Source of the DNA: Candidatus Binatia bacterium
Lineage (GTDB): Bacteria; Desulfobacterota; Binatia; Bin18
Assembly: GCA_963666315.2 (NCBI GenBank)
Contig: CAXXHG010000039.1
Location: 64,001 to 128,000, forward strand
DNA length: 64,000 nucleotides
Direction of reading: 5' to 3'
The first letter of the stretch is position 1. Each line of letters opens with the position of its first letter. The notes below the pieces were generated by a model. That model searched no databases and was not told the origin of the DNA. It saw only the letters and a list, made by a program, of their open reading frames with translations. Position numbers and translations under genes: made by a program. Of the stretch, positions 54,811 to 64,000 are shown in pieces.

Positions 54811-54909
54811 ATGGGTAGAGCAATAACAAAAATTGAAATTTTAGCCACAGGTCTCCTGCTTGACCTGCTACTTATCATCCCGCCTGAGGGATCCGAGGGA
54901 GGCGTGTAG
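54811..54909 (+). CDS. Leucine attenuator leader peptide (32 aa)
   Basis: MGRAITKIEILATGLLLDLLLIIPPEGSEGGV; tandem Leu codons. Confidence 0.75.
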   Translation: MGRAITKIEILATGLLLDLLLIIPPEGSEGGV

Positions 54910-54967
54910 GCGCACCAGACTCTCGGAGGCCACGGGCGGGACAACCGATTCGTGGCTTTTCTTTACA

Positions 54968-54997
54968 GGGCTGCGGGTCTACTCGCAGCCCTTTTTA
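54968..54997 (+). terminator. Attenuator terminator upstream of leuA
   Basis: GGGCTGCGGGT-CT-ACTCGCAGCCC followed by TTTTTATTT. Confidence 0.8.
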
Positions 54998-55026
54998 TTT
55001 ATATGGATCAAACCGAGGAGGAAGAT

Positions 55027-56580
55027 ATGGAACGCGACGTTGTCAAGATTTTCGATACCACATTGCGTGACGGCGAGCAGTCGCCTGGCGCCACCATGAA
55101 TATTGAAGAAAAAGTCATGATAGCCGGCCAGCTCGAGAAGCTCAATGTGGATGTCATTGAGGCCGGCTTTGCTGCATCTTCGGAGGGCGATTTTGAATCC
55201 ATTCGGCGTGTGGCCGAGCTTGTTTCCACGCCCATTGTCTTGAGTTTAGCACGCACCAAGGAAGATGACATTCGCCGCTCCATTCAGGCAGTGGAAACGG
55301 CGCAGCATCCGGGCGTGCATATTTTTATTGCAACTTCGGATATTCACCTCAAACACAAGCTCATGATGAGTCGTCAGGAGTGCCTTGACGCAGCCGTGTG
55401 GGCGGTCGAGTATGCCAAAAAGCACCTTGACTATATCGAGTTTTCGGCTGAAGATGCCTCCCGGACGGATCGTGACTTTCTTGTCCGGATTTTCGATGAA
55501 GTCATTAAGGCAGGCGCGGTGACCCTGAATGTTCCAGATACCACCGGCTATGCCATTCCGCATCAGTTCGGTGCCCTGTTTCAGTATTTACAAGAAAATG
55601 TTGCCGGCGGAAAAGACGTGACCTGGAGTGCCCACTGTCACAATGATCTCGGCTTGGCCGTGGCAAACTCCCTCGCTGCCATTGAAAACGGTGCGCGCCA
55701 GGTTGAGTGCACGATCAACGGCATAGGCGAACGCGCTGGTAATACGTCCATGGAAGAAGTCGTGATGGCGCTCAGGACGCGGGAAGACGTTTTCTCCAAT
55801 GTCAAAACCAATGTGGTCACTGAACAGATTTACCCCTCCAGCCAGCTCTTGTCTCAAATCACCGGTATCAGTGTTCCGATCAATAAGCCGGTTGTTGGCG
55901 ATAACGCCTTTGCCCATGAGGCGGGTATTCACCAAGATGGGGTACTCAAGTACAAGCTGACCTATGAGATTATGCAGCCGCAGACGATTGGACTGAACAG
56001 CAACAGGCTGGTGCTGGGCAAGCACTCCGGACGCCATGCGTTTATCGAGCGGCTGAAGTTCCTGGGTATTGATTACAGCGGCACGGATATGAATAAGGCG
56101 TTTGTGCGCTTTAAAGCTTTGGCTGACAAGAAAAAGAGCGTGTATGACGAGGATTTGATTGCGATTGTGATGGAAGAGACGGCGCGCGTTCCGGATAAAT
56201 ATGAACTCGTGTATCTGAATGTCACGTCGTCAAGTATGGCAGTTCCGCATGCCACCGTGAAGATGAAAGTCAATGGGGAAGAGCAACTTGAGGACGCCTC
56301 TGGCGACGGCATGGTCGATGCCTGCTACAAAGCCATTTCTAAAATCGCTGCAATGGACTTGCAGCTCGAACGCTATTCGGTCCAATCCATCACGGGTGGG
56401 ACGGATGCCCAAGGAGAAGTGTCGTGTCTCTTGCGCCAAAATGGGACCTCGGTCAACGGACAAGGGTCGCACACCGACATCATCATGGCCAGCGCTTTAG
56501 CGTTTACCAATGCGCTCAATAAACTGGCATATCTGGCGCGTTATGGCGATCGGTCTGGCGCCCACCGAGAGGGGCCATAA
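55027..56580 (+). CDS. leuA: 2-isopropylmalate synthase
   Basis: DTTLRDGEQ, HCHNDLG, GERAGN and GIHQDG. Confidence 0.97.
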   Translation: MERDVVKIFDTTLRDGEQSPGATMNIEEKVMIAGQLEKLNVDVIEAGFAASSEGDFESIRRVAELVSTPIVLSLARTKEDDIRRSIQAVETAQHPGVHIFIATSDIHLKHKLMMSRQECLDAAVWAVEYAKKHLDYIEFSAEDASRTDRDFLVRIFDEVIKAGAVTLNVPDTTGYAIPHQFGALFQYLQENVAGGKDVTWSAHCHNDLGLAVANSLAAIENGARQVECTINGIGERAGNTSMEEVVMALRTREDVFSNVKTNVVTEQIYPSSQLLSQITGISVPINKPVVGDNAFAHEAGIHQDGVLKYKLTYEIMQPQTIGLNSNRLVLGKHSGRHAFIERLKFLGIDYSGTDMNKAFVRFKALADKKKSVYDEDLIAIVMEETARVPDKYELVYLNVTSSSMAVPHATVKMKVNGEEQLEDASGDGMVDACYKAISKIAAMDLQLERYSVQSITGGTDAQGEVSCLLRQNGTSVNGQGSHTDIIMASALAFTNALNKLAYLARYGDRSGAHREGP

Positions 56581-56677
56581 GCAGGGATCACCCCTGTTTG
56601 CAGGGATTCCCCCTATTTGATTGTGCCTAGCGTTTGTGATGGACTTGCCGGGCGGAGCAGCAGGCAAGGAGAATAAA

Positions 56678-57757
56678 ATGGCACATAAAGTTGCAGTGTT
56701 TGCAGGTGACGGAATTGGCCCTGAGGTCATGGGCGAGGCGACTGAGGTCCTCAAGATCGTCGGGCCGCGATTTGGAATAGATTTTACGTTCGAGCCGGCT
56801 TTGGCCGGCGGCTGCTCGATTGACGCACACGGAGTGGCGCTGACGGATTCCGCGCTCCGGGTGGCCAAAGAGAGCGATGCGGTATTGCTTGGTGCGGTTG
56901 GCGGGCCCAAGTGGGATGACCCGAAATCCATGGTTCGTCCGGAACAAGCCATCCTGGGTCTGCGCAAGGAGCTGGGGCTGTTCGCAAACCTGCGGCCGAT
57001 TCAGGTCAATCCACATTTGGTGCACGCTTCGACCTTGAAGCCCGAAGTCTTGGCGGGTGTTGACCTGATGGTGGTACGCGAGCTGACCGGCGGGGTGTAT
57101 TATGGCCGGCCGAGCGAGCGGCGTATCGGCCCGTCCGGACGGGAAGCCGTTGATACTATTTTCTACACCGAAGGAGAGGTGGAACGTCTGATGCGGGTGT
57201 CTTTCGAGTTGGCTCGCAAGCGACGCAAAAAACTCACCTCGGTTGACAAGGCAAACATCATGGCGTCGTCGCGGATGTGGCGCGAAGTCGCCAATGAAGT
57301 TGCGCAGGACTACCCCGATGTCGGATATGAGGATGTCCTGGTTGATGCCATGGCGATGCATCTGATTCGACGGCCGAGCGATTTTGACGTCATCGCCGCG
57401 GAGAATATGTTCGGCGACATTCTGACTGATGAAGCGTCTATGCTCGTCGGGTCCATGGGCCTGCTGCCCTCCGCTTCACTCGGAGAGGGGCTGCGTGGCT
57501 TATACGAACCCATTCATGGTACGGCTCCGGACATCGCCGGCCAAGATAAAGCCAACCCGATTGCCATGATCCTTTCGACTGTACTCATGTTGCGCCTCTC
57601 GTTTGGACAGGACGACGCAGCGCAAGCGATTGAAGACGCCGTCGAGCAGGTCTTAGCCGGCGGCTACCGAACGCCAGATATCGCCCAGCCGGAATGCCAC
57701 CTGGTCGGCTGCAAGGAGATGGGTCGTCTCGTCCGAGAGAAGCTGGGGGAGCAGTGA
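56678..57757 (+). CDS. leuB: 3-isopropylmalate dehydrogenase
   Basis: [16 protein letters not shown] and [12 protein letters not shown]. Confidence 0.97.
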   Translation: MAHKVAVFAGDGIGPEVMGEATEVLKIVGPRFGIDFTFEPALAGGCSIDAHGVALTDSALRVAKESDAVLLGAVGGPKWDDPKSMVRPEQAILGLRKELGLFANLRPIQVNPHLVHASTLKPEVLAGVDLMVVRELTGGVYYGRPSERRIGPSGREAVDTIFYTEGEVERLMRVSFELARKRRKKLTSVDKANIMASSRMWREVANEVAQDYPDVGYEDVLVDAMAMHLIRRPSDFDVIAAENMFGDILTDEASMLVGSMGLLPSASLGEGLRGLYEPIHGTAPDIAGQDKANPIAMILSTVLMLRLSFGQDDAAQAIEDAVEQVLAGGYRTPDIAQPECHLVGCKEMGRLVREKLGEQ

Positions 57758-57835
57758 GTAGTTGGCTCGCGAGCTTCTCCCCTCTTGGGGCTGACAGGGT
57801 AGGTAAAAGGGCGAAGGAGATTGGCATGCCCCCCG

Positions 57836-57934
57836 GTAGCCTGGATGGAACGGAGTGGAATCCGGGGAATGCGCGCGCGTTCCCTCGCGGTCGGTAGAGT
57901 AGTCCTGGACTCCGTTGCGTTACGTCCAGGCTAC
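57836..57934. repeat. GTAG-type REP doublet
   Basis: GTAGCCTGGA...TCCAGGCTAC inverted ends. Confidence 0.7.
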
Positions 57935-57947
57935 ACAATCCTCTAGA

Positions 57948-58072
57948 GGGTGTTTGGAAACTCGCTGGACACGTCATTGCGAGCATAGCGAAGCAATCTG
58001 AGCGGGACAAGAGATTGCTCCGTCGGCTCCAGCTCCTCGCAATGACACGTTTTCCCCCATTGCCAAACACCC
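57948..58072. repeat. Nested palindromic repeat (GTCATTGCGAG family) inside GGGTGTTTGG/CCAAACACCC inverted ends
   Basis: GTCATTGCGAG...GCAATCT...AGATTGC...CTCGCAATGAC. Confidence 0.7.
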
Positions 58073-58114
58073 ACTCGCTGCGAGGTAGCTCTGTTCTTGG
58101 ATGACGGTCTTGCT

Positions 58115-61100
58115 TTACTGGATCTCCTCCAACAGCGCCTTCGCGTCCTTCAAGTCCGCCGTATCAAAGCCTTCGGTGAACCAGTTGTAGACGGGCGCGA
58201 GGAGTTCGTGGGCTTCCGTCGTCTTGCCTTGCTGCTGCCACAGCCGGGCCAGGCTGGTGGCGGCGCGCAGCTCCCAGTATTTGGACTGTTGGTGGTGGGC
58301 CACCTCAAGGGCTTGCTGATAACAGGCTTCCGCTTCTTTTTCTCCTGCCGCTACGTCCCGAGCTTGGAGCGTCAACTCACCTTGGATTCGGAACACTCCT
58401 GCCTCGCAGTACCGCTCTCCCGTGCTGGTGATTGCCGTCTGCGCTTTGGCCAGGAGTGTCAGCCCTTCCTCCACGTGTCCGTCGTCCCCGAGAAGTGCCG
58501 TTAGCAGACTCAGAAAAAGCGGTCGATTCGACACAGAGGCTGTCGCCCTAGACGCATCAAGGGCCGCCCGGAATTGAGCAATCCCCTCAGTTCGGTGACC
58601 TTGGGTTGCTAGCGTCCATCCGTGCAGCATGCGACCGTACGCCAAGTGGGCCGCATAACCCTGGGCGGTCGCGAGCGTGATCAACCGCTCAGCCAACTCT
58701 TGTGCAGCCCGCACTGCCCGGCCGCGACACAGGTTCCAACCGGCCACGGCCAGGCCGTATGCCAGACTATTCGGGTGCGCCACTTCTTCGGCGAGGGCCA
58801 GTGCCGCCTGGCTCATCTGGCGAGCCTGGTCTGGATACCCAAGAAAGACGAGGGTACAAGCCAGTACCGCTTTTCCCATGACGCCGGGGTCCATCCCGTA
58901 CACAAAGGCTAAGGCGTGGTGTTGCGCGGGGTCGTAGAGGGTCAAGAGCTGCTCGAAATGCTCTCGACCTTGTGAAAATTCCCCCTCTTGATAGTAGGCT
59001 TGCCCCATCGCATAGTGAGCTTCGATGAGCAGGGCGTCATCTTGCACACGCTCGGCCAGCGTGAGCAGCTGCTCTGCGAGGGTATGCGCGGTCTGCCACT
59101 CGGCGCGGACACTGTAGAACGCACACATTCCCCACAAGACGGGGAAAATTTGTTGGGTTTCTCCTGCCTGGCAACACAACTCGCGTGCCCGGGTGTACAC
59201 CACGCCCACCTCTGGAGCCGCAAACCCTTTGAGGGCAATCAGTGGACCGCCCAACGTGGTTTGAAGCGGCAGTTCGAGCTGAGCGCGCTCGGGCGTATCC
59301 GGCAGGGTCTGGACCAACTCGATTCCCTTGGTCAGATACGTAATCGCCTCTACGTTCGCGGTCCGTTGGTTGGCCCGCTGCCAATAGGGAATCGCGCGTT
59401 CAGCAAGCCCTGCCTGCGTGTAGTGATGGGCCAGCAGTTCGGGGCGCGTTCCCACGGTCTCGGCATACTGCTCCTCCAATACCTTCGCCGTCTGGGCATG
59501 CAGTTGGTGGCGACGGCTCTTGAGCAGCGCCTCGTACGCGACATCTTAGAGTAAGGCGTGCTTAAAGGTATACGTCGCCTCCGGGGGGACACCGCGCGCA
59601 AACAGAATCTCAGCGCTCCCTAATTGGCTCAGTCCATCTCGCAATAACGAGTCATCCATTTGCGACACAGCCTGGATGAGGTCATACGTAAATTCGCGGC
59701 CTAACACCGCGCCTATTTGGGCGAGTTCTCGAACGGGCGCGAGGCGATCAAGGCGGGCGGCAAACGAGTCTCGTAACGACGACGGGATGGCCATTTCCGG
59801 CAGCGGGCGGGTTAACGCATACTGCCGGTCCGTCTCGATTAGCAGACCGGATTCCAGCAGATTCTTGGTCATCTCCTCGATGTATAGCGGCACCCTGTCC
59901 GACTTGGCCAGCAGTTGTTGTACCACCTCCTCGGGCAGCGCTTTACCCGCCACCCGCTCGACCATGGCAGCGATCTCTTGCTGTGGTAGACGGTTGAGGT
60001 ACATCTGCAACGTATGCGCTTGCGCCGGCCACGGCGGCGTGAATTCGGGCCGAAACGTGAGCAGTAGGAGCATCCGTGAGGCAGGCGCTTGGTCTATGAG
60101 CAGGCCCAGCAGTTCTAAGGTCGAGGGGTCTGCCCAATGCAAGTCTTCGAACTCGATCCGCACCGGCTGGTGTTCTGAGGCATGCTGCAACCAGGTCACC
60201 AACGCCTGGAGCGTTCTCTCTTTCTGTTTTTGCGGACTGTATTGTAAGGGCGGATGGTCGTCAGAGAGCGGGATCGACAGGAGACTGGCAAACAAGGCCA
60301 CGGTCTCGTCGTCATTCATTCCCACAGGTTCTAACCACTGGCTGAGCTTGGCGAATTTTGCGGCCGCAGTATCGTCCTTGGTGAAGGCTAGGACCTGCTG
60401 CAGCCGGTCGGTGATCGGATACAGTGCACTGTTTTGATAAAACGGCGAGCATTGGCACAGGATGCTCAGTTGCGGCTCGGCCTGGATGTTGTCCCGCAGC
60501 ACTTGCATTAGGCGGGATTTGCCGATGCCGGCTTCACCGCTGAGCAACACCACCTGGCCGTCGCCCGCTTTGGTTCGCTCCCAGCGGCGCAGTAGTGGTT
60601 CCATTTCTTCTTCACGACCAATGAGCGGCGTCAGCCCCTGTTGCACGGACACGTCAAAGCGGCTGTGCGCCTCCCCTTCCCCCGTGACCTGATAGAGCGT
60701 GAGGACAGATGAAAGTCCTTTCAGCTCCTGGGGACCGAGGTCGTGGCAGACAAAGAATCCTTGTACGAGGCGGTAAGTATCGGCACTGATGGCTATCGTG
60801 TGCGGGGCAGCTTTCCCTTGTGCCAGCGCGGCAATATTCGGCTTCTCGCCTAAGGCCAGCTGTTCGGTATGCTCGCCACCCCCGACCGTGCCGATGACGA
60901 CCGGGCCGGTATGCAGACCAATGCGGGCTTGGATGGGCTGAGAGAGCGGCAGCGTTGATAAAACATCGAGAATCTCTAGGCCACTGCGAACCGCACGAAT
61001 GGCATCGTCTTCATGCGCCGCCGGGTAGCCGAAGTACACCAAAATGCCGTCGCCGAGATATTGGGCGATATGGCCTTCGTAGCGCTCAATCACCTGCCGA

Positions 61101-61477
61101 CACGCATCCTGGTAGGCGCGCACGATGGCGTGCAGGTCTTCGGGGTCGAGTTGTTCCGAGAGTGCAGTAGAACCGACCAGGTCACAGAACATCACCGTCA
61201 GTTGGCGGCGTTCGCCTGTGGGCACCTCCTGTTCCGGTTGGGGCGACGGGGCTGCGGGAGGATCCTCCGCGCTCTGAGGGGAGGTCTCCGCTCCGGTCCA
61301 GACTAAGACTTTGCTTTCCTCATCGACTGCGACCCGTCGCCCTTCGATCAATTCAAACTTGAGGTCGTCCAGCGCCTCATCATCAAGGGCAAACTGCCGC
61401 TTGAGCGTCCGGTAGGGGAGCCGGCCACGACGCTGAAGCATATGGATGGCCTGTTCCAAGACTTCGTCGAACGTCAT
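58115..61477 (-). pseudogene. Class III adenylate/guanylate cyclase + AAA ATPase + TPR protein with in-frame TAA at 59546-59548
   Basis: MFCDLVGST, GDG, GEAGIGKS, FKHALL*DVAY and WFTEGFDTADL; both ORFs are in the same frame. Confidence 0.88.
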
Positions 61478-61762
61478 CGCCTCGCCCCTCGACCTCATTA
61501 CTCCTTCGACTGACTCGATTCAAGGCGAACCGTCGGTCAGGCGGCCAATCGCTGCCGGGGATTCTCAGGCCGTCCTACGCCAACCATATACTGCCCGCCG
61601 GCATAGACCGCAGGCTGTCACTCTGTCCCCTTGAGTTTCAGAAAGGGAGACTCTGCCACTCGCGGTAATTTCCAGCAGTGAGTGACTGGCCAGTAGCTGC
61701 CTAGGACGTTGCCTTCATGTGCAACTCCTTCTCCCGCCGCATAATTCTTGCGCCTGGTTGTT

Positions 61763-61812
61763 GGCAGGGGCACGGCGTGCCATGTCCAGGGCGACCGGCC
61801 GGTCGCCCCTAC
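61763..61812. repeat. REP-like palindrome
   Basis: Perfect GGGCGACCGGCCGGTCGCCC, ending CCCCTAC. Confidence 0.6.
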
Positions 61813-61815
61813 ACG

Positions 61816-62675
61816 CTAACGTGTTTCGCCGGCCTGCAGGAGCGCGATGATCGCTTCTTTCTGACTCCGCTTGTGAAAGTCTGCAAGCATACTCTTTTCT
61901 AATGTCCCAGGCGTCGCATCCGGGGCAGTGAGCAAGAGGGTCGCCGTAGCCGGCTGATCATTCCACACGGCTTCGGTTAGTGCCGTCCAACCGTATGCAT
62001 CTTGTGTGGCCGTTCTTGCCCCATGGGTGAGCAGCAACTGCACGATGTCCGTATGGCCGCGGCTTGCCGCCCGGAGCAGGAGGTGCGCCCCTGACTGGTT
62101 CACGACATCAACCTCAGCCCCGTAGTCGAGGAAGAGGCTGACGAGCGCGGTATGACCTCTGGTGGTTGCTGCCATGAGCGCGGTCATACCTGACGGCGAT
62201 GGGACGTTGACCCGAGCCCCGTAGTCTACAAGAGTTGAGCCGATTGGGTCTGGCCGTTCCAGGCGGCCAGCATGAGCGGAGACCAGCCGTTTCGGTCATA
62301 GATGTTGATACCAACGCCTAAATCCAGCAAAAGCTGGACGAGGTCACTATGGCCATACAACGCTGCATACATAAGCGCGGTGCTTTGCTCTCCATCGCGT
62401 ATGTGCGGGGAAATATCAAGTGTCAGCAGGCTCTTGGTCAGAAAGAGTGAACCTGTTTTCGCGCTGTCAAGAAAGATTTCATACGCCCAATGCTCCAGAT
62501 CTTGGCGCGAGGCAGCCGCCCAGTGTTGAACAGTCCGGCGGGATTCGAGTATCCAGTCCTGGAGATGCTGGAGAATGGTCGGAGAGTCGTTGGCTGAAGA
62601 CGTGCGGCTGCCCTGGCAGCCTAAACATATGAGGTAGAATAGCGCCAGCCCAACAGCAGTCTGGAGTGACCTCAT
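61816..62675 (-). pseudogene. Ankyrin-repeat lipoprotein, frameshifted near 62230
   Basis: TALMYAA..G and SPLMLAA repeats; lipobox CLGC. Confidence 0.8.
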
Positions 62676-62757
62676 CCCGCTTTTCTCGCCGTTTTTCTCG
62701 CCGATATCGGAAAGAGCAATAAATAGTGTCTCATGGCTTTTGGGAGGGTCCGCCGTG

Positions 62758-63354
62758 TCATGCGTTATCCGTGCTTGCCATGTTTGGCTTGCCACGCTTG
62801 AGCAAGTCGTACCAGTAGAATGCTACGACAACGAGCGCGTGGGTAATGCGCCCCTGGCGGACGATCTCGGGCAGTTCGCTGACTGGTACCAGGGTGACTT
62901 CTGTTTCCTCTGTCGTATCGAAGTGTGGTTCACAGATTCTTTCGACGTTGCGCGCCAGAAAGCTATGGCAGCGGTTAGCCTGAATAGCCGGGTTCGGGTG
63001 TATGGCCCCGAGGGGGATGATGTCGTCCGAGTCATAGCCCGTCTCTTCTTGCATTTCCCGGCGTGCGGCATGCAGCGGAGAGGCGTCCTCTTGATCGACC
63101 ATGCCACCTGGAATTTCGAGCGTGATATCGTTCGTCCCGTGACGGTATTGATGGATCAGTACCACCTCTTCATTCGGTGTCACTGGGATAATGTTCACCC
63201 ACTCGGTGCTGTCGAGAACAAAGAAGTCATGCGTTTTTCCGGTCCGTGGAGAACGCGAACGGTTTTTTTGTAAAGAGAAAATTCTACACGAGTATACTGT
63301 TTCCGAGTCAAGGCGTTGCCAAGGCTGGATCTTGCTCTGTGGCTGATCAGACAT
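62758..63354 (-). CDS. NUDIX hydrolase (ADP-ribose pyrophosphatase-like)
   Basis: EIPGGMVD...AARREMQEETG. Confidence 0.9.
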   Translation of the reverse strand: MSDQPQSKIQPWQRLDSETVYSCRIFSLQKNRSRSPRTGKTHDFFVLDSTEWVNIIPVTPNEEVVLIHQYRHGTNDITLEIPGGMVDQEDASPLHAARREMQEETGYDSDDIIPLGAIHPNPAIQANRCHSFLARNVERICEPHFDTTEETEVTLVPVSELPEIVRQGRITHALVVVAFYWYDLLKRGKPNMASTDNA

Positions 63355-63787
63355 GGCAGCAGAATAGGGCTGAGAACAGTCGCCGGTACTCGATGGCCGG
63401 ACAGCGGTCCATGATGACAGTGAGGCCGGCTGCGTGCGCTTTTTTTGCTGCGGTTTCGTCAATGACTCCGAGCTGGAGCCAGAGGACAGAGGCGCCGATG
63501 GCAACGGCATCCTCAGCAATCTGATCCACGAACTCTGAACGCCGGAAAACGTCAACCATATCGACTATATCCGGGACCTGGTGAAGACTCGGAAAGCAGC
63601 GCTCGCCCAGCACTTCCCGGCAATGCGGGTTAACGGGAATAATGGTGTGGCCTTTAGCTTTGAGGAGAGCCGCGATCTGATGGCTGTCCCGACTTGGATC
63701 AGGTGAACAGCCGACGACGGCAATGCTGTGCGGTGTTGTCAGAATGTCCCGAATCGTTTCGTCAGGTGGGTTGGTAAAGAAGGTCAT
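63347..63787 (-). CDS. CoA-binding protein (YccU-like)
   Basis: IAVVG.S, PVNP, VDVFR, WLQLG and MDRC. Confidence 0.9.
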   Translation of the reverse strand: MTFFTNPPDETIRDILTTPHSIAVVGCSPDPSRDSHQIAALLKAKGHTIIPVNPHCREVLGERCFPSLHQVPDIVDMVDVFRRSEFVDQIAEDAVAIGASVLWLQLGVIDETAAKKAHAAGLTVIMDRCPAIEYRRLFSALFCCHV

Positions 63788-63987
63788 GTTGCCCGCTGTA
63801 TCAGATCCTCAAAGGAACGCTCAAGACAACGCTTAATCTCCACCATACGGGCACGAAAGGCTTCCTCGCCCTGCATAGCGGGATCGTCGATATCTCCGTG
63901 CTCGCCTGCAAACTCTTTGAGTGTGAACGCGGGCTTCCCGGTTGCTTCGGTGTAGGCTTCGAGCATGGACTTCTGCTCGCTTGTCAT
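63784..63987 (-). CDS. Hypothetical protein
   Basis: 67-aa ORF overlapping the start of the next gene. Confidence 0.4.
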   Translation of the reverse strand: MTSEQKSMLEAYTEATGKPAFTLKEFAGEHGDIDDPAMQGEEAFRARMVEIKRCLERSFEDLIQRAT

Positions 63988-64000
63988 GGTGAGAATCAGA

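Noticed and set aside
54883-54894. CTGAGGGATCC matching the IS4 terminal repeat
   Set aside because: Only 11 bp, inside the leu leader, with no partner end or target duplication; likely chance.

Overview
A 64-kb bacterial chromosome segment. The gene set and order (valS-nadC-birA-coaX, DUF465-ilvN-ilvC-psd-pssA-leuA-leuB, DUF6178, a cyclase/AAA/TPR gene) look deltaproteobacterial-like, possibly Binatota; this is inference only. Five things stand out. (1) A 13.3-kb tyrosine-integrase element (6852-20197) is bounded by a perfect 19-bp direct repeat that lies inside the 5' end of a VOC/glyoxalase gene rather than a tRNA. It carries an xis-like HTH, a RepA-type helicase, an iteron-like origin, radC with a structured leader, and int. 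It also supplies an in-frame replacement RBS and GTG start for the gene it interrupts. (2) Pseudogenisation by frameshifts, nonsense codons and deletion junctions is pervasive and falls mostly on dispensable genes, while the housekeeping block is almost intact. (3) A decaying cobamide salvage/remodelling cluster lies next to a QueG/CblC-like Fe-S protein. (4) An IS10-like IS4 element sits in a multiplied 9-bp motif at the end of a RAYT remnant. (5) A tRNA-Leu(CAG) has its promoter and 5' half duplicated about 770 bp upstream, around a toxin-antitoxin-like remnant. Also present are a leucine attenuator upstream of leuA and several REP-like palindromes. No CRISPR, rRNA or reverse transcriptase was seen. 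All calls come from manual motif reading; no database searches were run.
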